Shown here piece after piece: positions 47,236 through 57,234 of a stretch of DNA of 64,000 nucleotides. The translations under genes were made by a program, and so were the position numbers. The number at the start of each line of letters is the position of its first letter. Position 1 is the first letter of the stretch. Source of the stretch: Candidatus Kuenenia stuttgartensis (GTDB taxonomy: Bacteria > Planctomycetota > Planctomycetia > Planctomycetales > Planctomycetaceae). Below the pieces are notes generated by a model. The model had not been told where the DNA came from. It did no database searches and saw only the letters and a list, made by a program, of their open reading frames with translations. The stretch spans positions 1 to 64,000 of the forward strand of contig CAMDPK010000005.1 in the NCBI GenBank assembly GCA_945904015.1. Reading direction: 5' to 3'.

Positions 47236-48125
47236 CGGATCACCTTCGTTCCGACCAGCCGCACAACTCCGAGCACCGCCATCGCGGCCAACACCATCAG
47301 CAGCGACACCGCCACCGCCGCTTCGAGCTGCCCAACGCTCAGTTCGAGGAACACCGTCGTCGAGAGGACTTCGGTGCGCATGCGAGTCGCTCCGGCGAAG
47401 ACCAGGATCGGGCCGAACTCGCCGAGTGACCGTGCCCAAGCGATCGTCAGCGCCGCGATAATCCCGCGCCAGGCTTGAGGCAACGCGATTTGCAGAAACG
47501 CCTGGCTGCGTCGACAACCGAGAGTCATCGCGACTTGCTCGGCGCGCGCGTCGATCTGGTCGAACGTCACACGCATCGTCTGCACAGCGAACGCGCAGGC
47601 CACGGAAAACTGAGCCAACACAACCGCCGGCTCGGCGTAGGTAATCCGGGGCCTCCAGCGGCACTGCGCGAACGGAATCCAGTTGTTCCAAAAACGAATC
47701 AATGCGCCCAACAACTGCTGGATCAGCTTCTCAAGATTCGTGTCGTCCGGCGGCTCCAGATTCGTATCGCCGAGCGGCAGATGGAACAGGATCAACAGAC
47801 TCAATCCAATCACCAGCGGAGGCAACACCACGGGGATGTCGATGAGCGTGTCGATCAACCAGCGCCCGCGAAACGAGAATCGCGACAACAAATATCCCAG
47901 CGGCGTCGCCACACAAATCGACAGCAGCGCCGAAATCGTGCATGTGATCAGCGTGAGTTGGATGGCATATTGAATCTCTGGCTTGCGCAGTGCGGCCACA
48001 AAGTGCTTCGGTGATGTGAAGGCGAGATCGGCCGCAAGCATCGCAACGATCAACAAAACAAAACTGCCGCCAAGTCCGCCCATCACAACAAAGAACGGCA
48101 CGTCCGAACCGGCGCGATGCGCCAT
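47232..48125 (-). CDS. modB: ABC transporter permease (ModB-like)
   Basis: Six hydrophobic helices. EAA-type loop AWARSLGEFGPILVFAG. ATG chosen at 48125 (MAHRAGS); the ORF extends to 48311 through the hairpin repeat. Confidence 0.65.
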   Translation of the reverse strand: MAHRAGSDVPFFVVMGGLGGSFVLLIVAMLAADLAFTSPKHFVAALRKPEIQYAIQLTLITCTISALLSICVATPLGYLLSRFSFRGRWLIDTLIDIPVVLPPLVIGLSLLILFHLPLGDTNLEPPDDTNLEKLIQQLLGALIRFWNNWIPFAQCRWRPRITYAEPAVVLAQFSVACAFAVQTMRVTFDQIDARAEQVAMTLGCRRSQAFLQIALPQAWRGIIAALTIAWARSLGEFGPILVFAGATRMRTEVLSTTVFLELSVGQLEAAVAVSLLMVLAAMAVLGVVRLVGTKVIR

Positions 48126-48132
48126 TCCTGGC

Positions 48133-48203
48133 GAGCCGGAGGGCGTTAGCCCCCGGACATCCACGGATCCTGTCGCAGTCCGGGGGCTAACGCCCGCCGG
48201 CTC
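48133..48203. repeat. REP-like hairpin family F5, intergenic copy between modA and modB
   Basis: GAGCCGGAGGGCGTTAGCCCCCGGAC ... GTCCGGGGGCTAACGCCCGCCGGCTC. It fills the modA-stop to modB-start gap. Confidence 0.6.
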
Positions 48204-49743
48204 ACTTGGTCGTGTTGACATGCGACCTCTCGCCGACCCACTGAAATCCCTCGCTGGTGAATCGCTCCTTCGAAGAGTCCGCACGAATCGCCTGCCGCAA
48301 CCGTTCAGCAAGTTGCTTGTTGGCGGAATCCTTGGCCACCCCGAACGGCTGCGTCGCGACCGAGCAGGGGATGCCCTTGATGCGGATCGCGTCGAGAAAT
48401 TCTCCCGATCCGGCCGCGTTGCTGAGATACGCCACGGCCGCGTCGAGCGAACCCGATCGCATTTGATTGACCAGCATGTCCCCGGTCGGCGTCTGCACGA
48501 CGACGTTCTTCATGACCTCTTCCTTCACGCCACCCTCGTCGAAGGTCTTCTGCGTCAGCCAGCCCATCGCGCACTGCTTCTCGTGACCGACGCCGACTCG
48601 CAGTCCCGGCTTGGCGAGGTCGTGCAGCGACTTGATGCCGTGTGGGTTCCCCTTCTTCACGATGATGACCAACTCGTTTTGCGAGACATTTTCGGATTCG
48701 GGGAACAGTCCGCGCACCTGATTCATGAACTCGACGTCGCAAGCGAAGTAGGCGTCCGGCACCTGTCCCGCTTTCATCTGCGCGACCAGAATCCCGCAGC
48801 CGTTGTAAACGCGAGTGACTCGCACCCCTTCGCGTTTCTCAAAGTCGGTGATGGTCGCCTCGATCGCCGGCCGCAGCATCGATCCCGAATACAACGTGAT
48901 CTCCGGCTGCTCGCTCCACACATCGCCGTCCACCGGCTGAAACCCGAACTCGCGGTACTTCGCCAAGCCTTTGTCGCGTGCCGCCAGATAGCGTGCGAAG
49001 TGCAATGCTCGTTGCGGCTGACCGCTCGACTTCAACACGGCCACGGCAACGTGAGCTTGCACCGCCGCCAATTCCGACATCGCGACCGCTTCGAGCGAGT
49101 CGTAATCATGCAAGACGGCGTCGAACACGATGCCGGCATCGACCGCGCCGACCTTCACATCGTTGGCCACTTCATTGACGGTCGTCTTGTAGACCGTCGT
49201 GCGAGCATGCAGCTTGTCCCACTGACCGCTCGCCGTGAGCGCGGCGCATGTCAGCTTGCCGATCGCCGACGCTTCCACGCTGGCTTGGGCCAACCGCATG
49301 TCGTCCTGCAACAAGTCTTCCAGGCGAGCGATCCGTTTGGGATTCCCTTTCGCCACCGCGACGACCGCCTGCATCTTCGCCAGCGGAAACTCGGACGTCT
49401 CACTGGCGAGCAACTTTCGCTCGCGAGCGATTGCCAGATAGCTGTCGTCCGCCGGCAAGTAGAGATCGCCCGTGCCCGACACTTCCAGCGACGCGAGCAA
49501 AGTCTGCGACGGCCCATATTGGATTTGCAGAGTCGTCTTGCAGTCCCGCTCGTAATCGCTGCGAATAGCTTCCAGCACGCTCTTGTTGCTGGCGGCGCAA
49601 TAAATGACGAGCGGCTCGTTCGTCTCCGCCACGGTCGTTGTTCGAGGCTGGCGAACGAGGCCTGCCACCAGAACAATCACAAGCGCGAGCGACGCCAGCA
49701 TGACCGCCATTGTGCGTGTGATTGAACCGTGGTGCCGACCCAT
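48202..49743 (-). CDS. modA: tandem-fused periplasmic molybdate/tungstate-binding protein (two ModA-like domains)
   Basis: ATG at 49743 (MGRHHG..., then TM/signal MAVMLASLALVIVLVAGL). Two consecutive ~250-aa type-2 periplasmic-binding domains, each opening with an (L/P)(V/I)(I/T)LY..(A/S).. block (PLVIYCAASNKSVLEAI... and EITLYSGSMLRPAIEAT...). Confidence 0.6.
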   Translation of the reverse strand: MGRHHGSITRTMAVMLASLALVIVLVAGLVRQPRTTTVAETNEPLVIYCAASNKSVLEAIRSDYERDCKTTLQIQYGPSQTLLASLEVSGTGDLYLPADDSYLAIARERKLLASETSEFPLAKMQAVVAVAKGNPKRIARLEDLLQDDMRLAQASVEASAIGKLTCAALTASGQWDKLHARTTVYKTTVNEVANDVKVGAVDAGIVFDAVLHDYDSLEAVAMSELAAVQAHVAVAVLKSSGQPQRALHFARYLAARDKGLAKYREFGFQPVDGDVWSEQPEITLYSGSMLRPAIEATITDFEKREGVRVTRVYNGCGILVAQMKAGQVPDAYFACDVEFMNQVRGLFPESENVSQNELVIIVKKGNPHGIKSLHDLAKPGLRVGVGHEKQCAMGWLTQKTFDEGGVKEEVMKNVVVQTPTGDMLVNQMRSGSLDAAVAYLSNAAGSGEFLDAIRIKGIPCSVATQPFGVAKDSANKQLAERLRQAIRADSSKERFTSEGFQWVGERSHVNTTK

Positions 49744-50188
49744 GATGGCGACGCCTTTCACAGAGTCGTCAGAGGCCCGTGACGGCGATTGGCTTGGGGC
49801 AACGTGGCGGACAAGCATATTTAGACCACACGAAATCAGGCGGGATCGACCAATACCAGGACGCGATTTGCATCCTAAGTCGCTCCCGTTGAGCGTGCAA
49901 CGAGTGGCTCGGTCGATCCCACGGCTGGCGAATTTGTGAATGTGGCTCGTAGCCACGCTCGCCAAGAGCGTGGGGAACGTGTCCCAAGCGTGGTCGTCCC
50001 ACGCTCTTGGCGAGCGTGGCTACAACTGCAAACCCAACGCAAACCAAACTTCTAGCCAGCCGTGGGTCGATCCCCTCGGCGATACTCGCGAAGCATCTGC
50101 CGCTGTATGCTGTTCGGCGATCTTGAATCGAATCCTCTGGCCGAAAGGCCGCTCCTGATTGGCGACTCCAAAATTGAGAGGACGACCG

Positions 50189-53100
50189 ATGCGACAACTT
50201 TCTACGGCTCATTTTCGCAGTCTAGTTTTGGGTTGGATGTTGTGGGGAGCGATCTCCGGCGGTGTCTGCGTCGCCGCTGATTGGCCCACCTATCGTGGCG
50301 ACAACGCTCGCGGCGGTACGTCGGCGGAGACGGTTCGAGTTCCGCTGAAGCCGCGTTGGATCGCGAGCGCTCCCGGCTCTCCGCAGCTTTCGTTTTCGAG
50401 CGCCGAAGGGCGAGTGATCGAAGGACATTTGCTGGGACATCGGGCCAAGTACGATGACGCCATTCATCCGGTCGTGGTCGGACAGCGAGTGTTCTTTGGG
50501 TCGTCGGTCGATCATCAGTTGCACTGCGTCGATCTGGTCAGCGGCGCGGAACTGTGGACGTTCTTCAGTGGCGGGCCGATTCGGCTCGCACCGACGGTGA
50601 ATGGAGGACGAGTCTATTTCGGTTCCGACGATGGCTGCGCCTATTGCCTCGACGCTGCTGACGGCCGGCTGTTGTGGAAGTTGCGGGGCGGCCCGGCGGA
50701 CGAGTGGTTGCTAGCGCGCGGCGAGATGGTCTCTCGCTGGCCGGTTCGCACGAGCGTGCTCTTGGATCGAGGGACCGCCTACTTCGGTGCGGGGATCTTT
50801 CCGCATGATGACGTTTATCTCTACGCCGTGAACGCGGCGGATGGTTCGATCGTCTGGAAGCAGGACAACATCAGTTCGCTCGATGCCGGGCGAAACGATC
50901 TTTCGCCGCAGGGATATCTGCTGGCGAGCGAAGAGCTGCTGTTCGTCCCGTCCGGGCGGACGCTGCCGGCGGCGATTGATCGCGCGACCGGGAAGTTGCT
51001 GCACAAGCGCGAATTCGGTTGGCGTTCAACAGCGGGCGGAGTGGTCGGCAGCGTGCAGGCGCTGCTGTCGGATGGGCAGATTTATTCGGCGGGGCCACAT
51101 CATCTGCTCGCGATGGAGCAGAAGACCGGCGACGTCGGCTTCGGCTGGTTCGCGGGGCGGCAGATGGTCGTGGGAGGTGACGCGGCCTACGTTGCTACCG
51201 GCGAAGTCATCGCGCGGCTCGATCGTCAGGAATACGCGGTTAACAGCCGCCGCCGGCATCAATTGGAATTGGACATCACTAGCTTCAACACGCAGCTTCG
51301 CGCGGCTGGTGCCAAGACGGATGAAATCAAGAAGAAGCTCAGCGAGGCTCAGGCGGAGCTGAAGCGCATCGCGGACGTCGGCTTCGTCTGGCAGACGAAG
51401 ACCAACGACGACTCGTCCCTGCTCGCTGCGGGCGACTTGGTTTTTCTGGGAGGACAAGGCCGCGTGACCGCGTACTCGTCGAAGACTGGCGAGAACCTCT
51501 GGCAGAACAACGTGGAGGGGGAAGTGCGCGGGCTGGTTGTCGCGGCCGGGCATCTGCTCGTCAGCACGAGCACCGGTCGCATCTACAACTTTGCCTCGGC
51601 CGAACTCCAGTTGGCGGAGGTGCCGCCGACCGCGAAGCTCGTCAGCAATCCATTTCCCGACGACAACCTCACGGCGGTGTATCGGCAGGCGGCCGAGGAG
51701 ATTCTCAAGCAGAGCGGAGCGCGGCGCGGTTTCGGACTGATCGTCGGCAATGAACAAGGCCGGCTGGCTTTTGAACTCGCCAAACGGAGCGAGTTGAAAA
51801 TCTACGCCGTTGAACCGGATGCGAAGAACGTCGCCGCGGCGCGAGCCAACCTGTCGCGAGCCGGACTCTACGGCACGCGGATCGTTGTGCATCAGGGCGA
51901 TCCCGCTGATGTCCCGTACTCGAACTACTTCGCCAACGTCATCGTGTCCGACACGTTCGTGAAGACCGGCGTGTTGGTCGGCGATGCGAAGAAACTCGTC
52001 CGACATCTCAAACCATTGGGCGGCACGATCGTCGTGGGTCGCCCGGCGTCGGCTCCCGGAAAGTCTGTCGAGATGTCCGCCGTCACCGACTGGCTGCGGC
52101 AGACCGCGCTTGATGACCAATCTCAAGTCGCAGACGACAACGGCTGGGCCACGCTCAAGCGCGGCGCGCTTCCGGGTGCCGGCAGTTGGTCGCATCAGTA
52201 CGGCAATGCCGCCAACACGGCGGTCAGTCTCGACACGCGGCTGAAGGGAGATCTCGGCGTGCTCTGGTTCGGCGACCCGGGTCCGGGGGACATGGTCAAC
52301 CGCCACGAGGGCGCAGTCGGTCCGCTTGCCACGGGCGGAAGGTTGTTCGTGCAGGGAGAAGATTCCATCTCGGCCTACGACGCTTACAACGGAACCTCAC
52401 TCTGGAAGTACGAGAACCCGAAGGCCCTCCGCACGGGTGTCTTTCAAAATCAGAACCCCGGCAACCTGGCGGCGTCCGACGATAGGCTGTTCCACTTCAT
52501 CAAGGAGCAATGCTTTGAACTCGACGCGGCCACGGGCGAGACGAAGCGCGTCCATCGCCTGCCGCCCGACAAGGACAGTGAAACCCACGAATGGGGCTAC
52601 GTCGCGACCGAGAACGGCGTGCTCTTTGGCACCGCCACGATGCGCAAGGAATTGGAAGCGAAGCTGAAACGGCGCGGACTGAAGACCGCCGACGCGACCG
52701 ACGGCATCTTCGCCATCGACATCGCCACTGGAAAACATCTCTGGAGCTACCAGGGCCAGAGCATCTCGCATCACACGATCGCCATCAGCCCTGAGAACGT
52801 CTATTTCATCGACAGCTCGATCACGCCCGAACAACGCGCGGAGTTGCTGCGAGCCGACAAAACCGATCTCGCCAAGTTGACGGACAAGGAGCGTGAGATC
52901 GCCGAAGATCGCGCGAAGAACGCCGACATCCGCCGAGCCGTCGCGTTGAACGCTCGCACCGGCAAGCTGCTCTGGGCCAATCCGGTGGACGTGACCGATT
53001 GCAGCGACATCGGCATCGGCGGCGGCAAGCTCACGCTGATGTATCACGACAACGTCCTGATCCTCGGCGGTGCCAACGCCAACGGTCACTATTGGAAGCA

Positions 53101-54169
53101 GTTCGTCGCCGGCGAGTTCTCGCGACGCCGGCTGGTCGCGCTGTCCGCTCTGCACGGCTACAAGCTCTGGGCCAAGGACGCCAACTACCGCCACCGTCCC
53201 ATCGTCGTCGGCAGCCAAGTCATTGCCGAGCCGTGGTCGTTCGACCTCGGCAGCGGCGAGCAGAAGACGCGGTCACATCCGCTGACCGGCGCGGAAGAGC
53301 CGTGGAGCATCATGCGCACCGGACACCACTGCGGCATGTTGACCGGCTGCGAATCGGGAATGCTGATGTTCCGCTCCGGCAACACCGGTTTCTACGACCT
53401 GAATACCGACTCCGGCACGCGACACTTCGCCGGTCATCGCCTGGGCTGTTGGATCAACGCCATCCCGGCCGGTGGACTGGTGATGATTCCCGAAGCCAGC
53501 GCCGGCTGCGTCTGCCTGTTCTCAATCGCCTCGACGATCGTCATGGAACCGCGCGAGACGCGCCGACCGTGGATGATTACCAGCGCCGTCGGCGCGCAGA
53601 CACCGGTGCAGACAATGGCCCTCAACCTCGGAGCACCCGGCGACCGCAAAGACGCCCAAGGCAAACTCTGGCTGTCGTACCCACGTCACAAGGCGTACCA
53701 GGAAACATCGCTCGACGTGAAACTCGATCTCAAGCCCAAGTTCAAAGCGGGCGGGCAATTCACCAGCGTCGGCGAAACATCGCAACCCATCGACGGCACC
53801 GAAACTCCCTGGCTCTACACCTCCTGGGCCGAAGGTCTGGAACAACTCACACTGCCGCTCCTCGGCCCGAAGGACGAGCCGGCCACCTACACCGTGCGAC
53901 TGCACTTCGCGCGGCTCGGCAATGACACCGGTAACGCTGAGCCGATTGTGTTCAACGTCCAATTGCAGGGCAAAACGGTGCAGGCCGACGTGTCGTTGCC
54001 CGTCGTCCCCGCGTCTCAAGAGGCCAACGCGGCCAGTCGCGCGACGGCCATCGTTCGCGAATTCGAAAACGTGCGAGTGACCGCCAACCTGGTCGTTGAC
54101 CTCGTTGGCAAGCAGGGCCGATCCAGATTGAGCGCAATCGAAGTGGTGAGGACCGAAGCCGGACGGTGA
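50189..54169 (+). CDS. giant secreted protein D: PQQ-like propeller / coiled-coil insert / MTase-like domain / second propeller with Cys-His motifs / malectin-like C-terminal domain
   Basis: ORF 50159-54169; ATG at 50189 (MRQLSTAHFRSLVLGWMLWGAISGGVCVAA). Conserved SWSHQYGNAANT...VLWFGD and GCWINAIPAGGLVMIPEASAGCVC. C-terminal TYTVRLHFARLGND...IVFNVQLQGK...AIEVVR resembles the tail of giant B. Confidence 0.7.
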   Translation: MRQLSTAHFRSLVLGWMLWGAISGGVCVAADWPTYRGDNARGGTSAETVRVPLKPRWIASAPGSPQLSFSSAEGRVIEGHLLGHRAKYDDAIHPVVVGQRVFFGSSVDHQLHCVDLVSGAELWTFFSGGPIRLAPTVNGGRVYFGSDDGCAYCLDAADGRLLWKLRGGPADEWLLARGEMVSRWPVRTSVLLDRGTAYFGAGIFPHDDVYLYAVNAADGSIVWKQDNISSLDAGRNDLSPQGYLLASEELLFVPSGRTLPAAIDRATGKLLHKREFGWRSTAGGVVGSVQALLSDGQIYSAGPHHLLAMEQKTGDVGFGWFAGRQMVVGGDAAYVATGEVIARLDRQEYAVNSRRRHQLELDITSFNTQLRAAGAKTDEIKKKLSEAQAELKRIADVGFVWQTKTNDDSSLLAAGDLVFLGGQGRVTAYSSKTGENLWQNNVEGEVRGLVVAAGHLLVSTSTGRIYNFASAELQLAEVPPTAKLVSNPFPDDNLTAVYRQAAEEILKQSGARRGFGLIVGNEQGRLAFELAKRSELKIYAVEPDAKNVAAARANLSRAGLYGTRIVVHQGDPADVPYSNYFANVIVSDTFVKTGVLVGDAKKLVRHLKPLGGTIVVGRPASAPGKSVEMSAVTDWLRQTALDDQSQVADDNGWATLKRGALPGAGSWSHQYGNAANTAVSLDTRLKGDLGVLWFGDPGPGDMVNRHEGAVGPLATGGRLFVQGEDSISAYDAYNGTSLWKYENPKALRTGVFQNQNPGNLAASDDRLFHFIKEQCFELDAATGETKRVHRLPPDKDSETHEWGYVATENGVLFGTATMRKELEAKLKRRGLKTADATDGIFAIDIATGKHLWSYQGQSISHHTIAISPENVYFIDSSITPEQRAELLRADKTDLAKLTDKEREIAEDRAKNADIRRAVALNARTGKLLWANPVDVTDCSDIGIGGGKLTLMYHDNVLILGGANANGHYWKQFVAGEFSRRRLVALSALHGYKLWAKDANYRHRPIVVGSQVIAEPWSFDLGSGEQKTRSHPLTGAEEPWSIMRTGHHCGMLTGCESGMLMFRSGNTGFYDLNTDSGTRHFAGHRLGCWINAIPAGGLVMIPEASAGCVCLFSIASTIVMEPRETRRPWMITSAVGAQTPVQTMALNLGAPGDRKDAQGKLWLSYPRHKAYQETSLDVKLDLKPKFKAGGQFTSVGETSQPIDGTETPWLYTSWAEGLEQLTLPLLGPKDEPATYTVRLHFARLGNDTGNAEPIVFNVQLQGKTVQADVSLPVVPASQEANAASRATAIVREFENVRVTANLVVDLVGKQGRSRLSAIEVVRTEAGR

Positions 54170-54235
54170 CGGCGTCGAAGAAGTCACGAGTTCCCGTCGT
54201 TGGATGAACCAGCTTGTCGGAAGCTTGTTCGCTGA

Positions 54236-54844
54236 CAAGTCGGCCACGATCGGACTGACAATCTCGGCAATCTCAATTCGGACTCGCTTTTCTCGACCGG
54301 TGACAAGAACGAAGGACACGGCAGCTCGAACGCGATGATTCATGAACTCACGGCGGACAACGACGGAAATGTCTGGGCGTCGGGGATGTTTCAGGGCGAG
54401 CTAAAACTCGCAGATCGCAACGTCGCGAATTAGGGACAACACGACCTGCTGCTGACGAGCTTCGACTCATCGGGCAAGAGGCTGTGGACGAAGACGGCCG
54501 GCGGAGCGGGCATCGATTACGGCTTGGGTGTCGCCACCGACGGCCACGGCAACAGCTACCTCACCGGCTCGTTCACAGGCCGCGTCGAATTCGACGGAAC
54601 GCCTCACACCAGCAGCAGCCCTGCCTCGGATATCCACATCGTGAAGTACGACCGATCCGGAACGCTGCGCTGGTTCCAACAAGCGGGAAGCGACAAGACC
54701 GACCACGCTTATACGATCGTGTCAGACAGCCAAGGCAACCTGTATCTCTCCGGAGCCTGCAGCGGAGCCGCGAAGTTCGGCAGCCACTCGTTCCCCAATC
54801 GAGGCAGCAACGACATCTTCCTGGCCAAGCTGCGAGCGAACTGA
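54236..54844 (+). pseudogene. fragment of an SBBP-type beta-propeller repeat gene with internal TAG stop
   Basis: One frame reads QVGHDRTDNLG...GDKNEGHGSSNAMIHELTADNDGNVWASGMFQGELKLADRNVAN*GQHDLLLTSFDSSGKRLWTKTAGGAGIDYGLGVATDGHGNSYLTGSFTGRVEFDG...SDSQGNLYLSGACSGAAKFG... This is three SBBP-like repeats with no start or signal peptide and a stop at 54431. Confidence 0.5.
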
Positions 54845-54871
54845 AGTGCTAGCGACCATCAGGAGGCTGCC

Positions 54872-55285
54872 ATGAAGAACGAGAAAACCAATGGGAATGA
54901 TGGGAAGCATGGGAATGATGAAAATCATAACTCCCATTCCTCCCAGAAATCCCATCAACCAGCGCAACCACAGCCAGCACCACCACCCGACGCCACCCGC
55001 GTGCTACCGCCGCGCGGCGACTATCAAACGCTGCTGTCCTTCCAGAAAGCGGAAGTCGTCTACGACATCACCTTTCGCTTTGCCCACAAACATCTTTCCA
55101 GAGGCGATTGCACGATCGACCAGATGATTCAGTCCGCTCGGTCGGGAAAGCAGAACATCTTGGAAGGGAGCAAAGCCGGGACGACGTCCAAGGAACTGTC
55201 TTATCGATGACGCGCGACGCAACTTTGTTGACACAATCACACTTGGATCGCACGATGCTCTTCAATCCGACCGCAGCAAGCAACT
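54872..55285 (+). pseudogene. four-helix-bundle (23S rRNA IVS-type) protein gene, apparently frameshifted/truncated, with unusual Asn/His-rich N-terminal extension
   Basis: YQTLLSFQKAEVVYDITFRFAHKHL...IDQMIQSARSGKQNILEGS matches the first two helices of the family. The ORF stops after KELSYR. The expected continuation (ARRNFVDTITLGSHDALQSD) appears in another frame and then terminates. Confidence 0.4.
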
Positions 55286-55378
55286 GATCATTCCGTGATC
55301 TCCCGCCATCGGGATACCCAACTGTTCGCTATCAAGCTCCGTTGCGCGGACTATTCGATTGTTGATTGAGAAAAAGCT

Positions 55379-56878
55379 ATGAAGTTCGATTCACCTCTCC
55401 CGGATGCAGCACGTCAGATGCTGGCTCGGTTCGGGAGCCAAATCGAGTACACCGAAAACGAACCCAATGGTCTCGTCAACCTCGCTAGGTCGGAAGTTGG
55501 AGATGAAGATCTGCGTCATCTGGTCTTCTATCCGGGCATCAATGCGTTGGTTCTGGACAATACCGATATCTCCGATTCCGGTCTGAAGTTCATTGGCGAA
55601 ATGAGTGACCTCGAAGGTGTTCGACTGTACGACACGCTTGTTTCTGATGACGGACTGAAACACCTGCTGGGACTCTCGAAACTCGAACGACTCAACATCG
55701 CGTGTGAACCTGGTTGACTGCCAGCCGGACTGCGGCCAGTTCCGGCCGTACAAGTGAGACGAAATCAGATAACAGACAGGGGACTCGGTTATTTGACCGA
55801 GTTGTCTGCTCTCCGCAGTCTGAGCCTGAAGGCGACGCGAGTTACTGACGACGGTTTGTTGCAGCACATCCCACAGTTGGCGGGATTGCAGGGTCTATCG
55901 CTCGCGTATCTCGACATATCTGACGCCTCACTGTTGGCACTCGAAAGCGTAGCGTGGCTTGAACGCATCAACCTGAGGCACACGGCGATCACAAACGACG
56001 GCATTGTGAATCTTGTGTGTGGGAAGGCGCACACGCTGCGTCAGTTGAATCTATCCAACACGGCGATTAGCGATGAGGCACTTGCTGAGTGCCTGCCGAA
56101 CTCCCAACTCAATCACCTGTCGTTGATTGACACCGGCATCACGGATGCCGCCTGCAAAGAATGCGGTAGTTGCGAATGGCTCGCAGACCTTAGGTTGGAT
56201 TTGACAGACATCACCGATGATGGTGTCCGCCACTTAACGAATTGTGCGCACCTGCAAACTCTTGATCTGTTCAGGACGAAGGTCACCGATACAAGCCTTG
56301 TGTGGCTGTCGGACACAAGGGTCGAACATCTGGGTCTAGGCTACACATCTGTAACCGACGCCGGCATTCCAGCTTTGACAGAATTCCCCGCTCTGCAGAG
56401 CTTGGATCTGCAAGGGACATCGCTCACTGACAGAGGCCTGCGATTTTTGGGGTCGGTGGCAAGCTTGAGTCGGCTGCATCTGGAACATACCAAAATCGCA
56501 AATGCGGGAATCGAATTCTTACTGCAACTCCCCCTGGAATCGCTATCCCTTAATCCGAAGATTGACAATGCCGGATTGAATACGCTGTCTAACCACAAGA
56601 GTCTGCGGCGACTGGCGATTTGGAATTGCAGAGTGACTGGCTGGCAGCCTCTCAAGAATCTTGACCGTCTTCAGGTGTTGCTGATCGACGATTCAGTCAT
56701 CGACTTGTCGCCTCTGCGATTGTTGAACCAACTCGAGGTTTTGCTTTTATGGGGAGACCAGTTCTCCCCAACGGAGGTTGCCAGGCTGCGTCTCGCTCTT
56801 CCCCAATGTCAAATAAAGACGCTCGCAGCGTGCGAACGTGCGGTCGACGAGTTTTGGAATTTGTGCCGAGGCAGTTGA
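55379..56878 (+). CDS. leucine-rich repeat protein (RNI-like LRR), reading frame interrupted by in-frame TGA at 55715-55717
   Basis: Two ORFs (55379-55717, 55754-56878) share a frame. Both show ~24-aa repeats L..L..L..L.L..T.(I/V)TD.GL. Roughly 20 non-repeat residues surround the stop, suggesting a small insertion or decay. Confidence 0.5.
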
Positions 56879-57234
56879 CCAAAGTCCGGCAAATGCTTTG
56901 GCGGGCCGAATCAATCACCGAATGAGGCGATGCACGCGTGTGGCCGATCGCGTTGAAATCGAAAGGGTGATCGCTCGGCGGCCAACGGGTGATCGTTGTC
57001 GTTCATACCGGCCTGCTTCGGTCACATCGACTGGCGCGTCCAGCACGTCCAGAATTATCTCTGTGCCGCCGTTCGTCGGTACTGCCTTTGTCTAATGTTG
57101 ATGCCAGCTAGGCAGTCAACTTCTTGATCCGGGCGAGTTTGTCCTGAAGGACTTGCTCATTGAATCCCTCTGGCCTTCCTGTCCAAACTGCGAGCGAAAT
57201 GGCGTCCCCGCGAACTTACCTTGTTCCAGATTTG

